Assembly (NCBI RefSeq): GCF_003704095.1
Contig: NW_020847248.1
Span: 868,001-932,000 of the forward strand
Direction of reading: 5' to 3'
From: Pocillopora damicornis
Lineage: Eukaryota
DNA length: 64,000 nucleotides
The position numbers and the translations under genes were made by a program. Shown one piece after another: positions 51,564 to 64,000 of this stretch; position 1 is the stretch's first letter; the number at the start of each line of letters is the position of its first letter. The notes beneath the pieces were generated by a model. That model made no database searches. It was not told where the DNA came from and saw only the letters and a list, made by a program, of their open reading frames with translations.

Positions 51564-53361
51564 TGTGCGCACTCCGATTGCGTAGCATTGTGGTAGCTTC
51601 ACTTTGAATATGGCGGTGAAAGCAGCAAAATTCGGCAGATTTTGACTGAACATTTCGTAAAAGTTAGGCCGTTCCGTTTTCCTTTCACCATAGGTAAATG
51701 TAATTTGAGTTATTCTGAATGTATAAAAGTATTTTTTGTTCGTATTTGTCGCGTATTCTTTGGTTCTCAAGGACAAACGTGATCACTGTTTTTTTGTATG
51801 TAATTTGAGACCGGATTTCAAGAAGGTCAAATTTGATGTACGTCGTAGTTTGGAGCCTTCCAAAGATTTGGATGGCTGCTTTGATCCTTCTTTAACAGCT
51901 CTGACCAAACGCTCTCAAACGTTCTCCAACGGTACATGTGTTTCCCGCATTTTAAGTGCGGGTGTTTGAGACCAATTATGGCCGAGAAAAGGCTTATTGT
52001 TACGTTACACAGCGTTACTACTATATACTCAATTGTGTTGTAAATCTACTTTCCTAAGTAAAGGGAAATTAACTTATCGCGAGTGTTGTATGGTAAATCT
52101 ACTATCTTGATCATTGAATGAAGGACAGTTAAATTTGAGCTATGAACGGAATCACTTGTCCAATGAATAACTCTACAATGCGCACGGCAACACACCTGGT
52201 AAGCCGGAAAGCAAAAGGTGTTGATAGCTTGAACGACTCCAGCCATTCGCTTGCACTTTTAAATCTTCTAACCTGAAAGCTTAGCTGTTATTAGGATATC
52301 CTTTAATGANNNNNNNNNNNNNNNNNNNNNNNNNNNNNNNNNNNNNNNNNNNNNNNNNNNNNNNNNNNNNNNNNNNNNNNNNNNNNNNNNNNNNNNNNNN
52401 NNNNNNNNNGCGAAACAAATGTTGTGTAACTGTTTACTTGCACATGTCATGCATTTGCTTATCGTTCTGCATACGTCCTTTTGCTCGCGGAAAATCCGTT
52501 CTCTTTCAGTGAGCCTTAGTCACCTTTAAGATTTACGTATTGAGAAACAGCGACGAGAATGGTTATTTTAATTTAAAAAACAAATTAACTTCGACAACAA
52601 GAANNNNNNNNNNGAAACCACAATGCTCTCCACCCTAAGCTAACGTAACTTAGGTGAAATTCACATATCACGACCAACGCCCCAATTTTCCCCTTCTGTC
52701 CCATTAATTTCTCTTGGTGCAACTTTGATGGAATGCAGGCAAAAGGTTTTCTCCACGGAAAGCTTTTTCGCTCTCAGGACCCTTCAATCGCTTGATACGC
52801 AAAAGATTTGCAAATATTTGCGAACAAACTTTAAAGCTGAAGATCTTGAGAAGGCAAATATTATATATGCTAGGGGCAAAATGAGTAATTTCGAATTTCG
52901 TGTCGTGAAACCAAAAGAAATTTAATCACAGTGGGATATCAGNNNNNNNNNNAACGACTCCAGGGGGGAGCAACGGAAACTAGCAAAGAGCCCAGTCACA
53001 GTAATCAAGTCGGTTTTAGTTCTAAAGGACTAGATTAAAAATAACATAANNNNNNNNNNNNNNNNNNNNNNNNNNNNNNNNNNNNNNNNNNNNNNNNNNN
53101 NNNNNNNNNNNNNNNNNNNNNNNNNNNNNNNNNNNNNNNNNNNNNNNNNNNNNNNNNNNNNNNNNNNNNNNNNNNNNNNNNNNNNNNNNNNNNNNNNNNN
53201 NNNNNNNNNNNNNNNNNNNNNNNNNNNNNNNNNNNNNNNNNNNNNNNNNNNNNNNNNNNNNNNNNNNNNNNNNNNNNNNNNNNNNNNNNNNNNNNNNNNN
53301 NNNNNNNNNNNNNNNNNNNNNNNNNNNNNNNNNNNNNNNNNNNNNNNNNNNNNNNNNNNNN

Positions 53362-56300
53362 ATCCATATCATCCTCTCTAAGAAACTCTATGAGCTTCTC
53401 TACAGTTGCCTCACGTTTACGAGACCACAGGTCAAGAAGATCACAGGTAGGATTTGGTGACCGTTTTAAATTTTTTATTTCATCTTGATCAAATCCCATT
53501 TTCTCTCCAAGAAAGCGATAATCTTGAAAATGATCATTATCTTCTATATTAAGTTTAAGACAGATTCTACGCTTCACTTTAATTGGAATGTCTGCGGCTT
53601 TAAAAGATCGCCCAGTGGCAGTCACTTTAGCCTGATCTGCATTTGAATCATTATCGTTTGCACTTTTTAGGTCTGCTGCGGCATTATCCATCTGATTCAT
53701 TCCACTGCCCTTTTTGATCTTCTTGTTATCCTCAACGCCTGGCCTCTCATCCTCCACTATGTTACATTCATCTATAAACAGGAAAGGAACAAAGAATAGG
53801 TTGCCCTCTTTTGGTAATGGAGAAAAAAACATTCGTAACCACCGCTAATGAACATAACCTTTTTTTTAGGCTTGCTTAGGGGGGATATATAAACTTTAAT
53901 TTAATTTATACAGGCTCACACGAATACACACACAGACAACACCCACAAATTGTGATAACGAGTTAAACCTACATAGCTAGGGATATATTATTTAAAAATC
54001 AAACAATGGCCATTGAAAAGTGATTAGTATTGATTATAAAAATTGGCACTTCGCGGAAAAAAAGCACAATTGACATCGTAATTTACAGACTCAACACCTT
54101 ACATTAAAAAGTTTAGTTTCCTTGCATCGCCGCTCGAAGACCATGTCTCATGTTACTAGCAGCAGAGGTAAGGAGGACATTACATTGAGCGGCATACCTC
54201 GGGCAATACAAGGAACAATGTTTCACTGATTCAGAGTCAACACCGTAGTCGCAAATAGGCGACGCAAAACTAAAAATTTTGAAGCCTTTTTCCCCAAGAC
54301 TAGAAAACCCAAGTCAAAGGTTGTTGTGATCAAAAGATACACGCCTTGAAAAATAACAATCGTGTAACCTACTGTAAGTATTTCTCCTGACCAAGTACAA
54401 TTCTCCTATTTTATGTTGAAAACTAGATATGATTTACAAATGTATTCAACTTAACCATTTAGGATAGTGCTGCATAAGCCATATTGCTCTTGCAGCATTA
54501 GGAGAGGTAAACTTCAATTAATCATTCCCTCTTTTCTCCAAAGCTGACATGATGTGTTTTGACACTTTCAGTAGGGAGGTATCCAAAGTTTTATGACATA
54601 AAGTCACGTAAAGAGCAGATGTTGTTAGACAGCAATTCATTGGTTGACATCCTTGAGCTAATACATCATTAGATGGTGGTGGGTGTATTTTTCAAACATT
54701 TTACCTGGTTCACTTTTACTGAATGAAGAATTGTTGCCATTTAGAGGCATATCATCTTCTGATCCTCTTGCGCTTGTGCTTGTGCTGGGGAGACCATCCT
54801 GGACAGATCTCCCAGTCATGTGGGTTGGACCACAAGCTGTCAAAACAATCATGTAAGAAAATTTTTTTTTCTACATCTAAAAAAAATCCTCCTCATATCC
54901 TTTTCTATTTGTGGGGGTCAAAAAAGTAAGCAAGGAATTGTTTAATGTGGAAACAAAAACAAGCATCAAGACATCATCAGTGAGGAAGTTAAATTTTTTT
55001 TCTGGCTACTGGGTTGATCAGTTCAAAGTTTAAGCTTATGGTGACAACACTGGGCCCAGCCGGAAAACACGGGCTGAATTTACTAGAAAACAGGGAAATC
55101 ATGATATCCCATATGCAGAAAGAAAGGGGAAGGAGTAGAAAAAAGACTTGTCTCTTGAATGAAACTGGGTATTAAATTTCAGAGTTACTTTTCATCAATT
55201 TGAGATCATTTATGTCTAAGTTTCTAACAAATGTGTTTTGATATTGAAATCTCTTAATTTGAATGTTACAGTAAGACTTAGGGTTTTCTGCATACTACTT
55301 CTTTTATATTTCATAAATGAGTCCAGTCTTCTATTGGGTTTAAAATCACCAACAAACGGTGAGTGACTTTGGACCTGACTGCAATTTTATTGGAGGTCTT
55401 TCCATTCCTAGAAAATTGTGTCAAAACAGAACTCAAAACATTGATGATTTTGGAAATTAGCCTAGAAAAAAAAATAATTCCAAATTGTAATGGACTGATT
55501 TATTATAGTAGGCCTGAAATTGAGACAAGTGAGATGGACTGTAAAGCTCCAGCCAGATTTTCTTTTTCTTCTTTTTTTCACTTCTTTTTTTTTACTGTAC
55601 CTGGGTAAAAAACAATTTCCCTACAGTCACAGGGGTTGTTGATCTTTTCAGTTTCTTAGCCCACTGAAGATAGCCATGGTCTAGCTAAATGCCTGGGATC
55701 AAAAGTCATGATTACAGTCATTATACTGACAGACTAAAAACTTTTTCTTTCCCTAGGATAAAAGAACACTTTAACTAGGCCACAGTTTTCCTTCAAATAA
55801 TATGCAACTTCCCTGACCTGAGACTGCATTAATTATTTCACTAACACTCTTTACCTGGGTAGTGGGGCAAATCAGTCTCGTCAGGTCCAGTTGTATTACC
55901 TTGATACAAACAAATTAATTTCATGAGTACACATGACCCAATACCCACATTGCTGGTTTAATGTTCAGAAAAGTAAAAAATGAAAGCATACATTCCTAGA
56001 AGAAGACAGAACACCGATTGATGCTATAACATTACCTTGAGACTTTGGGAGAGGGCCCACTAAATTGGATAATATGTCATTAAATAAAACGTTTTTATGC
56101 ATATACCCTTTTGTCTATACAATGTCAACATTTCCTGAAAACTAGCCACATGACAACTTTAACACGGACAAAGTGTGTAATTCTGCGAACCCCACTTGAG
56201 TGGGGTTCGTGCATATGTATGAGCATTGTTACCAAGTAACGCGTGACGTATTTTACGTCACGTTCCACTGTGGTAAAACCTGTTTGGATGCGGTCGGAGA

Positions 56301-58925
56301 AACTAGGATAGATCGAGAAATTCGAAGTGAACTACGTCCGGTGTTTTGGCTGTAATTTGGTAAGCTTTATTTGCTAAGTGGATAAAGATAAAGCAGATGT
56401 AGTTTAGAAAATGGTTTTGATCTTTGAAATTCGTAAAGATTTCGTCAATGAAAGATTATGCAAATTCATGGCTGAAATTGAAGCGAACCTTAATATGAGC
56501 TTTTTTGTTTACATAAGTTTGGGGGATATTTAAAAGTATAAGTCGGTCTTCTTAAAGCGAAGACATTGTTCACTGAAGGGAAAGGTTTCTTCGCTTTCTT
56601 TCCGATCAGGCAATGTTCGATCCCTGATCTCTCGTGGATCACAGACGCAGCGATTCCACTCCGAGTTCCAGCCGTCAAAGGAAACGATCACGTAATCATC
56701 GTCTAATTCTTCAACAGTGCACACCAAACTCCTTCTTCATCACCTTCCTCAGCTTTGAAGCCCACAGTTTGTGGAAGCGCCATCACGTTTTTTAGTTCAC
56801 CGTGCGTTTAGCTCATGCGGTCAAAACAAGTTTGCGATCGCTAAAGCCGGTCAACTTGTTTTGATGAATCTGCAATCGGTAGCCAGGATACTAAGTGGCG
56901 TCCAGTGTCCCTTGGTAATTTTAGCGCCCCATTACGCATGTGTCGATTAACACCGGAATTCTTAATGAATTACACACTTTGTCCTTGTTGAAGTCGCCAT
57001 AAAAACCTCTCATCATCCTCAGTGAGTAATCTCAAGCCCAGAACCATTTGGATCTTAGCTGGAAGAATTGTAGCCAAGTTAAGCCTTAATCCTCTAAGAT
57101 ATTTGCGAAGGGAAATGCAATTTGAGAGGCAAGTTAAGTTATGTTGCCAATTGGAACATACAAGTCAAAAATTAAAAACCGCCTTCTTGATCTTCTCTAA
57201 ATTCATAATACCTGAGCAGAGGAGCATTTTGTTGCGCATTTCCTGTATATTTTAGTTTGATGCGAGAAACTGCTGACATAAGCCTGCGTCGGTAATCGCG
57301 AAAGAAAAGAAGGAAAATACGTCGGAAAACAACGATGGATGGAGTATTTGAGACAACTTTTCTCTTCATTTTTCCCGCTGTAACTTAGATGGAAGCGGCA
57401 AAGTATTAAAATTGTTGTGTGGTCTGTGGAAGGAAGTTAATTTCAAAAAGCAAAAGATTGTACAAATGACTACGAGTCTTGTCTTGTGATTACTTGGGCG
57501 ATCGATTTAGACGATGTTGTTTGAGAAGGATGCAAGAGGCCTGTCGAAGAGCACAAACGAATTGGATAGTATACTTTTATCGTGTCATTGCTATCTCAAG
57601 CTATTGTTGATCATTTGAAGTACTCACTTTCCTGTGAGTGTCTTTTAGAGCTTCAACTGTACTGCTGGTGTAAAGTTTACAGAAGTTTATGTTTTGTTTC
57701 AAAAATTTTTTTTTTTTATGTGAATCAGAACCGGCGGGGCCGATTACCAACAAAAAGGGTCAATGTCGAGTAAAGAAAAGTAAGACAACGTCATTACCAG
57801 AGATACGGTCGTTACATCAAAGAGCTTGTTAGAAAAGGAGGAATAATTATGGATTTTATCGGAGTGAGGAAAAGTCTTTTCAATCATTAGTCTCGGAAAA
57901 ATCATCAGATATGATCAATGATGTGGGGAAATTGTGAATTAAAAGAGGTACTAGTTTGGGCTTCCAGTTGTAATATGAATAGTTAAATAAATCAATTATT
58001 TCCCAACAAAAATTACATTTAAATTTTAAAATTATATTTAAATTATATTCTTAGGTCTTTTGTAATTGATTCTAGCCTTAAAATCCTTTTTAACTTATAT
58101 GTATTTTAAACATTGTAGTTAGACATTGTAACCGAAAAGCCTAAGTTGGGAGTTACAATGGACGTATCTATGTATGTCTTCATTTTAAACTTTTAAAAAA
58201 TCATTTCAACTGCACAACAAAACTGTATGCAATCTTATTCTACAACCCCTTAAATTACAAGAGTTATGTGACCGCTCGATAGGCTGAAAATACTCTTATT
58301 ACATGCTAAACAACAAAGAACCAGTAGGGCTGATATTTAACAGTAAGGATAAAAAACAAAATATCTCCAAAGTCTTTTTCCCTGGGAACAAGACTACATG
58401 AGGTTAGATTAAACTAATGTGGAGAGGTTCGTAGATCTCTTCAGGAAAACATATGATTTATATCTATCAGATTTTAGAGAAATGAGACTTACCTCAAAGG
58501 GGGACTTTGACATTGCATAAACTGTAGTAATGGACATCAGCTTGGATGCCCATCTGAGGAAATTTATAGTTTTCTAGCCAGGGGTTTGGCTGTGCCAATT
58601 TTATGGCAGAAAAATCATATCTCAGACACTTAAGCAATTTTACAGCTCCCAACAGAAGCTCAAACACTGTCAGGGAACATGACAATATTTCACCTGATCA
58701 CTCTTTATATTCTTTTTCAATGAAATTTGGACAAAACTTTCAAAAAATTTATTGATAATTTTACAGTTGCGAAAAAGTATAAAAGTTGCATATAGCATAA
58801 GCTAGTCGAGGCAAGTTGCCTGGAGAGAACAAAAGATTAATAATTTATACCAGTGGTAAGTTTCTGGTACTTATGACAGTTTCTTGAATACCAGCATGCC
58901 ACAGTAAATGTCACACCAATCCATT
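53362..58925 (-). CDS. Protein with a MyD88-like death domain. Exons 58851-58925, 56036-56059, 55855-55899, 54705-54836, 53771->53362 (runs into gap). Probable disrupted 5' exons at 59611-59771 and 59980-60167
   Basis: VKRRICLKLN..DYRFLGEKMGF..EIKNL..NPTCDLLDLW....ATVEKLIEFL is a death-domain pattern; chain of phase 1-1 exons with GT-AG. Confidence 0.7.
56152..56998. mobile_element. Non-autonomous DNA transposon, about 850 bp, with 32-bp TIRs and flanking AT (ISL2EU/PIF-Harbinger-like), carrying a frameshifted Tudor/chromo-barrel ORF
   Basis: Left gacaactttaacacggacaaagtgtgtaattc vs right reverse complement ggcgacttcaacaaggacaaagtgtgtaattc (28/32 identical); AT at 56150-56151 and 56999-57000. 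Confidence 0.75.
58040..58180 (+). mobile_element. 3' end of a LINE-like element
   Basis: tgtaaccgaaaagcc..ggggag hairpin-like end followed by a (tatg)n-like tail; family from recall. Confidence 0.4.
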
Positions 58926-60703
58926 CTGTTAATGGTACCAACCATATGTAGTGGGGTCACTTCACATCTTCCTAAACAGCAGATAACATAAAGGTTAATT
59001 CCTATCATCAGTCTCAAATACGAAATAAAAATTGAAGGATCAAGACATTTCTAATAAAGTTAAATGCAAGTCAAACTGGTTCGAAGATATTTTAACCTGA
59101 TATTCGTTTTCAAATACGACAGAAATACTGTAATTAACATTCTAAAGAAACAAGGAGTTCCAGCCCCATTAGTAATTATCGATTTGTTGTATCACTCGTC
59201 TCATATTTTAAGAACCAGAGAAAGTTTGATAATTTTGCTTTGCGAGTTTCATTGTACACTTCGACTCAAAATTCACTTCGCATGGCAGAAGTATTCTTTC
59301 GTTTCGAATAACACATGAACATCAAGAAAACGGCACCAGTTTAAACTCATGAGACAAAACCCGCGCATTTTTTGTGATAAATAAACTGGTTAGACGGAAT
59401 AAATAAATAAATAAACAATGAACTAAAAGTGGTGAGGGATTTGAGGGCCGTGTGATGAATCAGTTTTCCCTAAGCTTATCCTCTAGTTAGCACTTCAAGC
59501 CCAAAAAGGCAAATAAAAAAATTCTCACCAAAACACAGCAAAAAAATAAGAAAAAACCGGAAATGACTGAGGCAAGATTATAACCGTTGTTAAGACACAT
59601 GCCTACATACCATGTGCAACAGACTTGGAGAGCAAAAAGGCCAAAAGCAGTTGTGAGCCATGACTTGGAAAATCTACCACAACCTCCCAAAGACGAATCC
59701 GCCGAAGGTTGTAGTAAGGGCAACTCAATCCTGAAGCTGGAACATTTTTTAAATCCTTGTGCTCTAACTGACTACAAAGAGAAAGAAAAGACGCACCTGT
59801 TTGAAGTGATTGGAAGCTTGGGGGCCACCTCGAACTTTAAGCAATTTTAATTTCAAAGTTCAAGTAAAATAAGATCAAATTCTAAAGTACCTTCTATTTT
59901 CTTAACGAATATCTCACGATCGTTTCCACATAAAACTTCGTGATTCATAGAAGTAAAACATCAACATCTTAAGACTAACCTTGAAGATTTTTAGTCTCAT
60001 ATGCACATCTTGATCGTCAGTAAATCAAATCTCAAACTTCAAGTTTTCGGCCTTTTTTTGCGTTTTGTTCGCACTTTGATCCTTAACATATCCTCATCCG
60101 AAGAGCCAGCAAATTCCACGAGTATCCACAGAGTTAGAAATGGTGGTAAACTTGTCATAATCTTCATCCCTCTCCAAAAAATATGACGAAAAGGTGTTGA
60201 TCGCCAGTTGAAAACCCACGGAAGCGCGCTGAAAATACCGAAATGGCGCCGAAAGCGACGAACAAATTTTATTGGCACATGCGCAGACGTAAAACCCCTC
60301 TGCTCTCCCTATGCTCTGCTTTTAGGCACAACATTGGATTTTGCTATGTAATTGGCGCCAAATTAATGCCAGCTAAGAATACTCAGGTGTGTACTCAGTA
60401 CTCAGGTGTCAGATTTAAATCATTTCCCTGGCATAACATTATTTTCGTAATTGATACTTATCTATTCTCAAACGAGAATCACGGTGAAAAAATGGAAATA
60501 CAAGATATTTGGAGTATTGAATGACTACTACTACTTCCACAATGGAAATAAAGACGTTTCGAATACACCCCCATTATATAGTGTGGTATTTAATTTGGCA
60601 GCGCAGGCAGTTTTCTTAAGAACCATTTCTTGAAAAGTTAGAAGTTAGTTATACATCTTTCGAGTTTACATCGACCTTGAATTGAACTGAACTGGTTTAT
60701 TAA

Positions 60704-60924
60704 TGTTAAGTAGTGAAATCACGTTGTATCCTAGAGGAATTGTGTTAAGTGTCAGGCGCTCGCGCGGAAAGGACTGGACATCCTGGTAGATGTCATATGA
60801 CGTAAAACAAAAACCATGTGCTAGAGAGAACCGAGCTATAAAAAAGTTGTGAGGATAATCTTATGTTCAGTTAGTGACGAATACACGTGGAAAACCTAAA
60901 ACCGTGTGGGTATTCTGTGTAACA
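60704..60924 (+). mobile_element. 5' LTR of a Gypsy-type retrotransposon
   Basis: TGTTA...TAACA termini (alternative start at 60743), internal tataaaa, followed by a PBS. Confidence 0.6.
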
Positions 60925-60928
60925 TTTC

Positions 60929-60946
60929 TGGGGGCCTGTCTGAGAG
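60929..60946 (+). promoter_or_regulatory. Primer-binding site, tRNA-Pro-like
   Basis: tgggggcctgtctgagag vs the complement of the tRNA-Pro 3' end, TGGGGGCTCGTCCGGGAT. Confidence 0.6.
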
Positions 60947-61229
60947 GATTTTTCGACGGAACTGTGTGCATTTGCCTGTATTGATGCTTGTTTGACTACT
61001 TCGTGCGAGGACTTTATGTGGACCGCCGCTATCGCATGTTCAAGCACATAGCGGATTGCGCTGGAAGACTTTTAGCGGGAAGAATGTGACGGATTGTGGT
61101 GTGAGAGGGCGTTTGTTACGGGCGGCTGGTTAAAAAGGTAGTGGAACGTAGTTGTGAGGCTAGTGAAAGGTAGGAACGCTGTTTTATTTAGTGGATTTTG
61201 TGGGTTTCTGATTGTGTTGTTTACAGTAA

Positions 61230-62754
61230 GCTTGAGCTATGAACAAAATTGCGGAGGAAAAACCCTCAAGTTGCAGATGAAGATCTCATAGAAGCCATGA
61301 GCCTAGCTATATCTGCAGAGACAGAAAGAGGTAATAAGTTTAGTCTTGCAGGCAAGGTGCTGCTAAGGTGTACACAGTAGAGAGTGGAGCTGATACAAGT
61401 ACAAAGAAGGAGCAGCACAAGGATCAGCATATTCTAGCAACCCTGAAAGCCGTGCAAGAAAATCTGGCTTCAGTGCGGTTGGAAGTTGAGAAACTCCGTG
61501 AAACAGCAATTAGCCATAAAGTAGACTCCATAAGGCCTTCTCGTCCTGGAAATGGAGTGACCATGGGAGCAAGGTCACCTGATTGCCAAGAGCGTAGGAG
61601 AAAGAGGGAAGGCGACCGCTGCCCACACTGCTATCTCTGTGGTGGCTCAAACCACATTGCACGCTATTGTCAAACCAAGTATAGAAGTCATCTGGGAAAC
61701 GCACCCTGGCTACCCTGCGGGACAGGGAGTAGCCTCGCCAGAGGAAGAGAAGTCCCACCAGTGTAGTGGTTGCCTGAAATTTGATTGCCATACACAGTTA
61801 TTGCAGTGTTCGGCGTACCAGTCTGTGCGGTAATGTTCCGTGGGTTACCAGAAGGCTCATCGACCAAAACACAAGGTGTTGTGAAAGGCAATCAAAGAAC
61901 TCTCTGAGAAAAGAGCTCGTAAAGGAAAAGGGTTAGGAGATACCCAAGATGAGAATGTTATGCTTGCCATATTACCCAAAGGCAACAAAAGTGTATAGCC
62001 AAGCTGGTGGGAAGGAAATGCTCGGTGCAGTGCTATCTAGATGAAAAGCCTTTAGAAGTTTTATGGAGCCCAGGTCTCCATTGTGTCCGAAGGTTTTCTG
62101 AAGAGCCAGCTATTATCTGTCCAAATACAAGATGTTGAACAGTTACTTGGTTCCAATGGTTCTCTTAGTTTGCAAGCAGTAAATGGAACTGATATCCCAT
62201 AATGTTGGTGGGCAGAGATTGGTGTGAGGTTATCAAACGAGAATGAGGCAGAGGTAAGAGTTCCATTCTAAGTAATGAAGGAGGAAATTGAACAGCCCAT
62301 CATTGGTTGTAATGTCATAGAGCTAATGGTCAAGAACACTGAAGGCGAGGTGGATGGGGAAAAATTACCAGGAAGGACGATGAGAAGCTTCCACCAAAGT
62401 AGAGATAGTGACACACAAGCCTTGATAAGTATCATACGTGCTACTAATTCTGATGAGCTTTGCTTTGTTAAATCCGCTAAGAAGGCACATACTATCCCTG
62501 CTGGACAGACTATTCGTTTACCTTGTCGTGCCAACACTGGACCAATTCACCGCAAGACACCGGTAATGTTTAAACCAGATGAGTTGGCTACCTGGCCTTC
62601 AGGATTAGAAGTACATAAATCCCTTACAACTATAAAGGAAGGTGATGTTACCATATTATCCATCAACGTGACCAACAACACCAATCACGACATCGCTCTA
62701 CCCAGAAGAGTGGTCCTGGGTCTCCTTCGGTTAGTTCACTCGGTGACTCCTGTT
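61230..62754 (+). mobile_element. Decayed Ty3/Gypsy gag-pol: gag C-terminus with CCHC knuckle, MYND finger, aspartic protease (DTG deleted) and post-protease region; truncated at the gap
   Basis: CYLCGGSNHIARYC; KLVGRKCSVQCYLDEKPLEVLW/AQVSIVSE; PIIGCNVIE; multiple stops and frameshifts. Confidence 0.85.
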
Positions 62755-64000
62755 NNNNNNNNNNNNNNNNNNNNNNNNNNNNNNNNNNNNNNNNNNNNNN
62801 NNNNNNNNNNNNNNNNNNNNNNNNNNNNNNNNNNNNNNNNNNNNNNNNNNNNNNATTCGCCCGACTAAGTGATTTTTATGCGCAGTACAGTATACGCAGT
62901 GCAATATTGAGGAATAACCTTCAGTGCACGTATATACATAAACCCACAACTTGTACCAAAGGCCCAAACTGTTAAGATCGATATTGAATTCAACGAAATT
63001 TCAGTCTAACCTAACCAATCATATTTTTCATTGTAAGTCTGATGAAGCGTAAATCACTTCTGAGGAAAGAAAAGTTTACAAATAGTGCACTTAAAAGCTT
63101 TCAATATGCTTTGCTTTTAAATGGTTTCAGACGTTTGTAGTTATCGACATAGTTTCTGGTCTAAAAACAGAAAAAAAAAACTGGAGTCTATCCCTGTAGA
63201 ATAGGATGCAGGGCCCTAGTATGAGCCAAAGCCTTCCTTTTTTATTTGTACATGACAACATTCCATATTTTTTTTAGACCGACTGATGCGGCCTTGTGGC
63301 ACTGGTTTAAGTTCACCTGAAGGTTGTTTCTTGAGGAGAACAGCTCAGTCCCAGCACTCCGTAATCGCCAGCATCAGCAGATACGAAAGTTTAAAGCTCA
63401 GGGTTTTAAATTGATAGCACACCTTCGGAGGCCCGTTCTTGCTTCAGATAGTTAAATAGAGCGTTTTGTCGGACGTGTATGTTTTATGATTCAAGTGGCA
63501 TACTTGGTGAGTATGTCCTCGTTTACTTTCCTCTTTTGTTCCATTTTTTTTCGAAACTCGTAGTATGGCTACACTTTCTACCCGGTAACTTCATGAGGTT
63601 CTAGAAAGTTGACGTTAGCCTGAACTTTGGAAGGTTCTTTGTGTGACCCACATATAAACCTCCTTACAAACTCAAGCCTCGAAACTGAGACCAGTGTGCT
63701 AGGTTCAGGGTTATCCCTTATTGTACGAGGCGATCCAGAAAAGCGCGTAACCTCTCGTTTTGTACTACTTTTGTATGGCCCACCACAAGGATGTCATCGA
63801 AGAGGAATTTCACATCATGCGGGCAGGCCCCTTTCGATAACCGCTTGAACATAAATCTACAAAAGGGGATGATAAATGTAGTCAGCCTCCGGGTGTCTGG
63901 ATCTAGGAGTACTTAATTGATGGAACCCAGAGTATGCAGACTTAACATCTTACTTCAAGTACACTGCGCTTACCTCTGTAATTCCAGCGTGCTTTCCATG

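Noticed and set aside
53022-53372. ORFs made of X residues here and at the other N-runs
   Set aside because: Artefacts of assembly gaps
58493-58556. Extra exon of the death-domain gene (strong GAG|gtaagt donor)
   Set aside because: Either acceptor gives a stop or breaks the phase 1-1 chain; could be a poison or decayed exon but is unsupported

Overview
Eukaryotic, intron-rich draft-assembly window with several N-gaps. The repeat families and gene style suggest a cnidarian, probably a scleractinian coral (inference). Left third, housekeeping genes: RAD50 (- strand, 23 coding exons traced to just past the CPLC zinc hook, running off the left edge), head-to-head with a two-CDGSH (CISD3/MiNT-like) gene that has an extra C-terminal C-H-C-C motif, which is tail-to-tail with ITPA. 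Centre: two tandem paralogous single-pass receptors built from YWTD propellers and EGF repeats, with no LDL-A repeats, a Ser/Thr stalk and a SEA-like juxtamembrane domain containing a basic cleavage loop. In the second paralog three SRCR exons occupy the slot of the middle propeller, and its tail has NPxY motifs plus a canonical ITAM. The first paralog has NPxY and ITIM-like motifs and no ITAM. Together they are a candidate paired activating/inhibitory phagocytic or pattern-recognition receptor system and the top finding here. The second gene ends in an inverted, ITAM-less copy of its last exon. Right end: a convergent gene with a MyD88-like death domain, whose intron holds a TIR element carrying a Tudor/chromo-barrel ORF, then a decayed Gypsy element with a -1 frameshift signal and a MYND finger before its protease. 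Several Penelope/retrozyme-type hammerhead motifs are scattered in introns. All exon models were traced by eye from GT-AG sites and reading frame.
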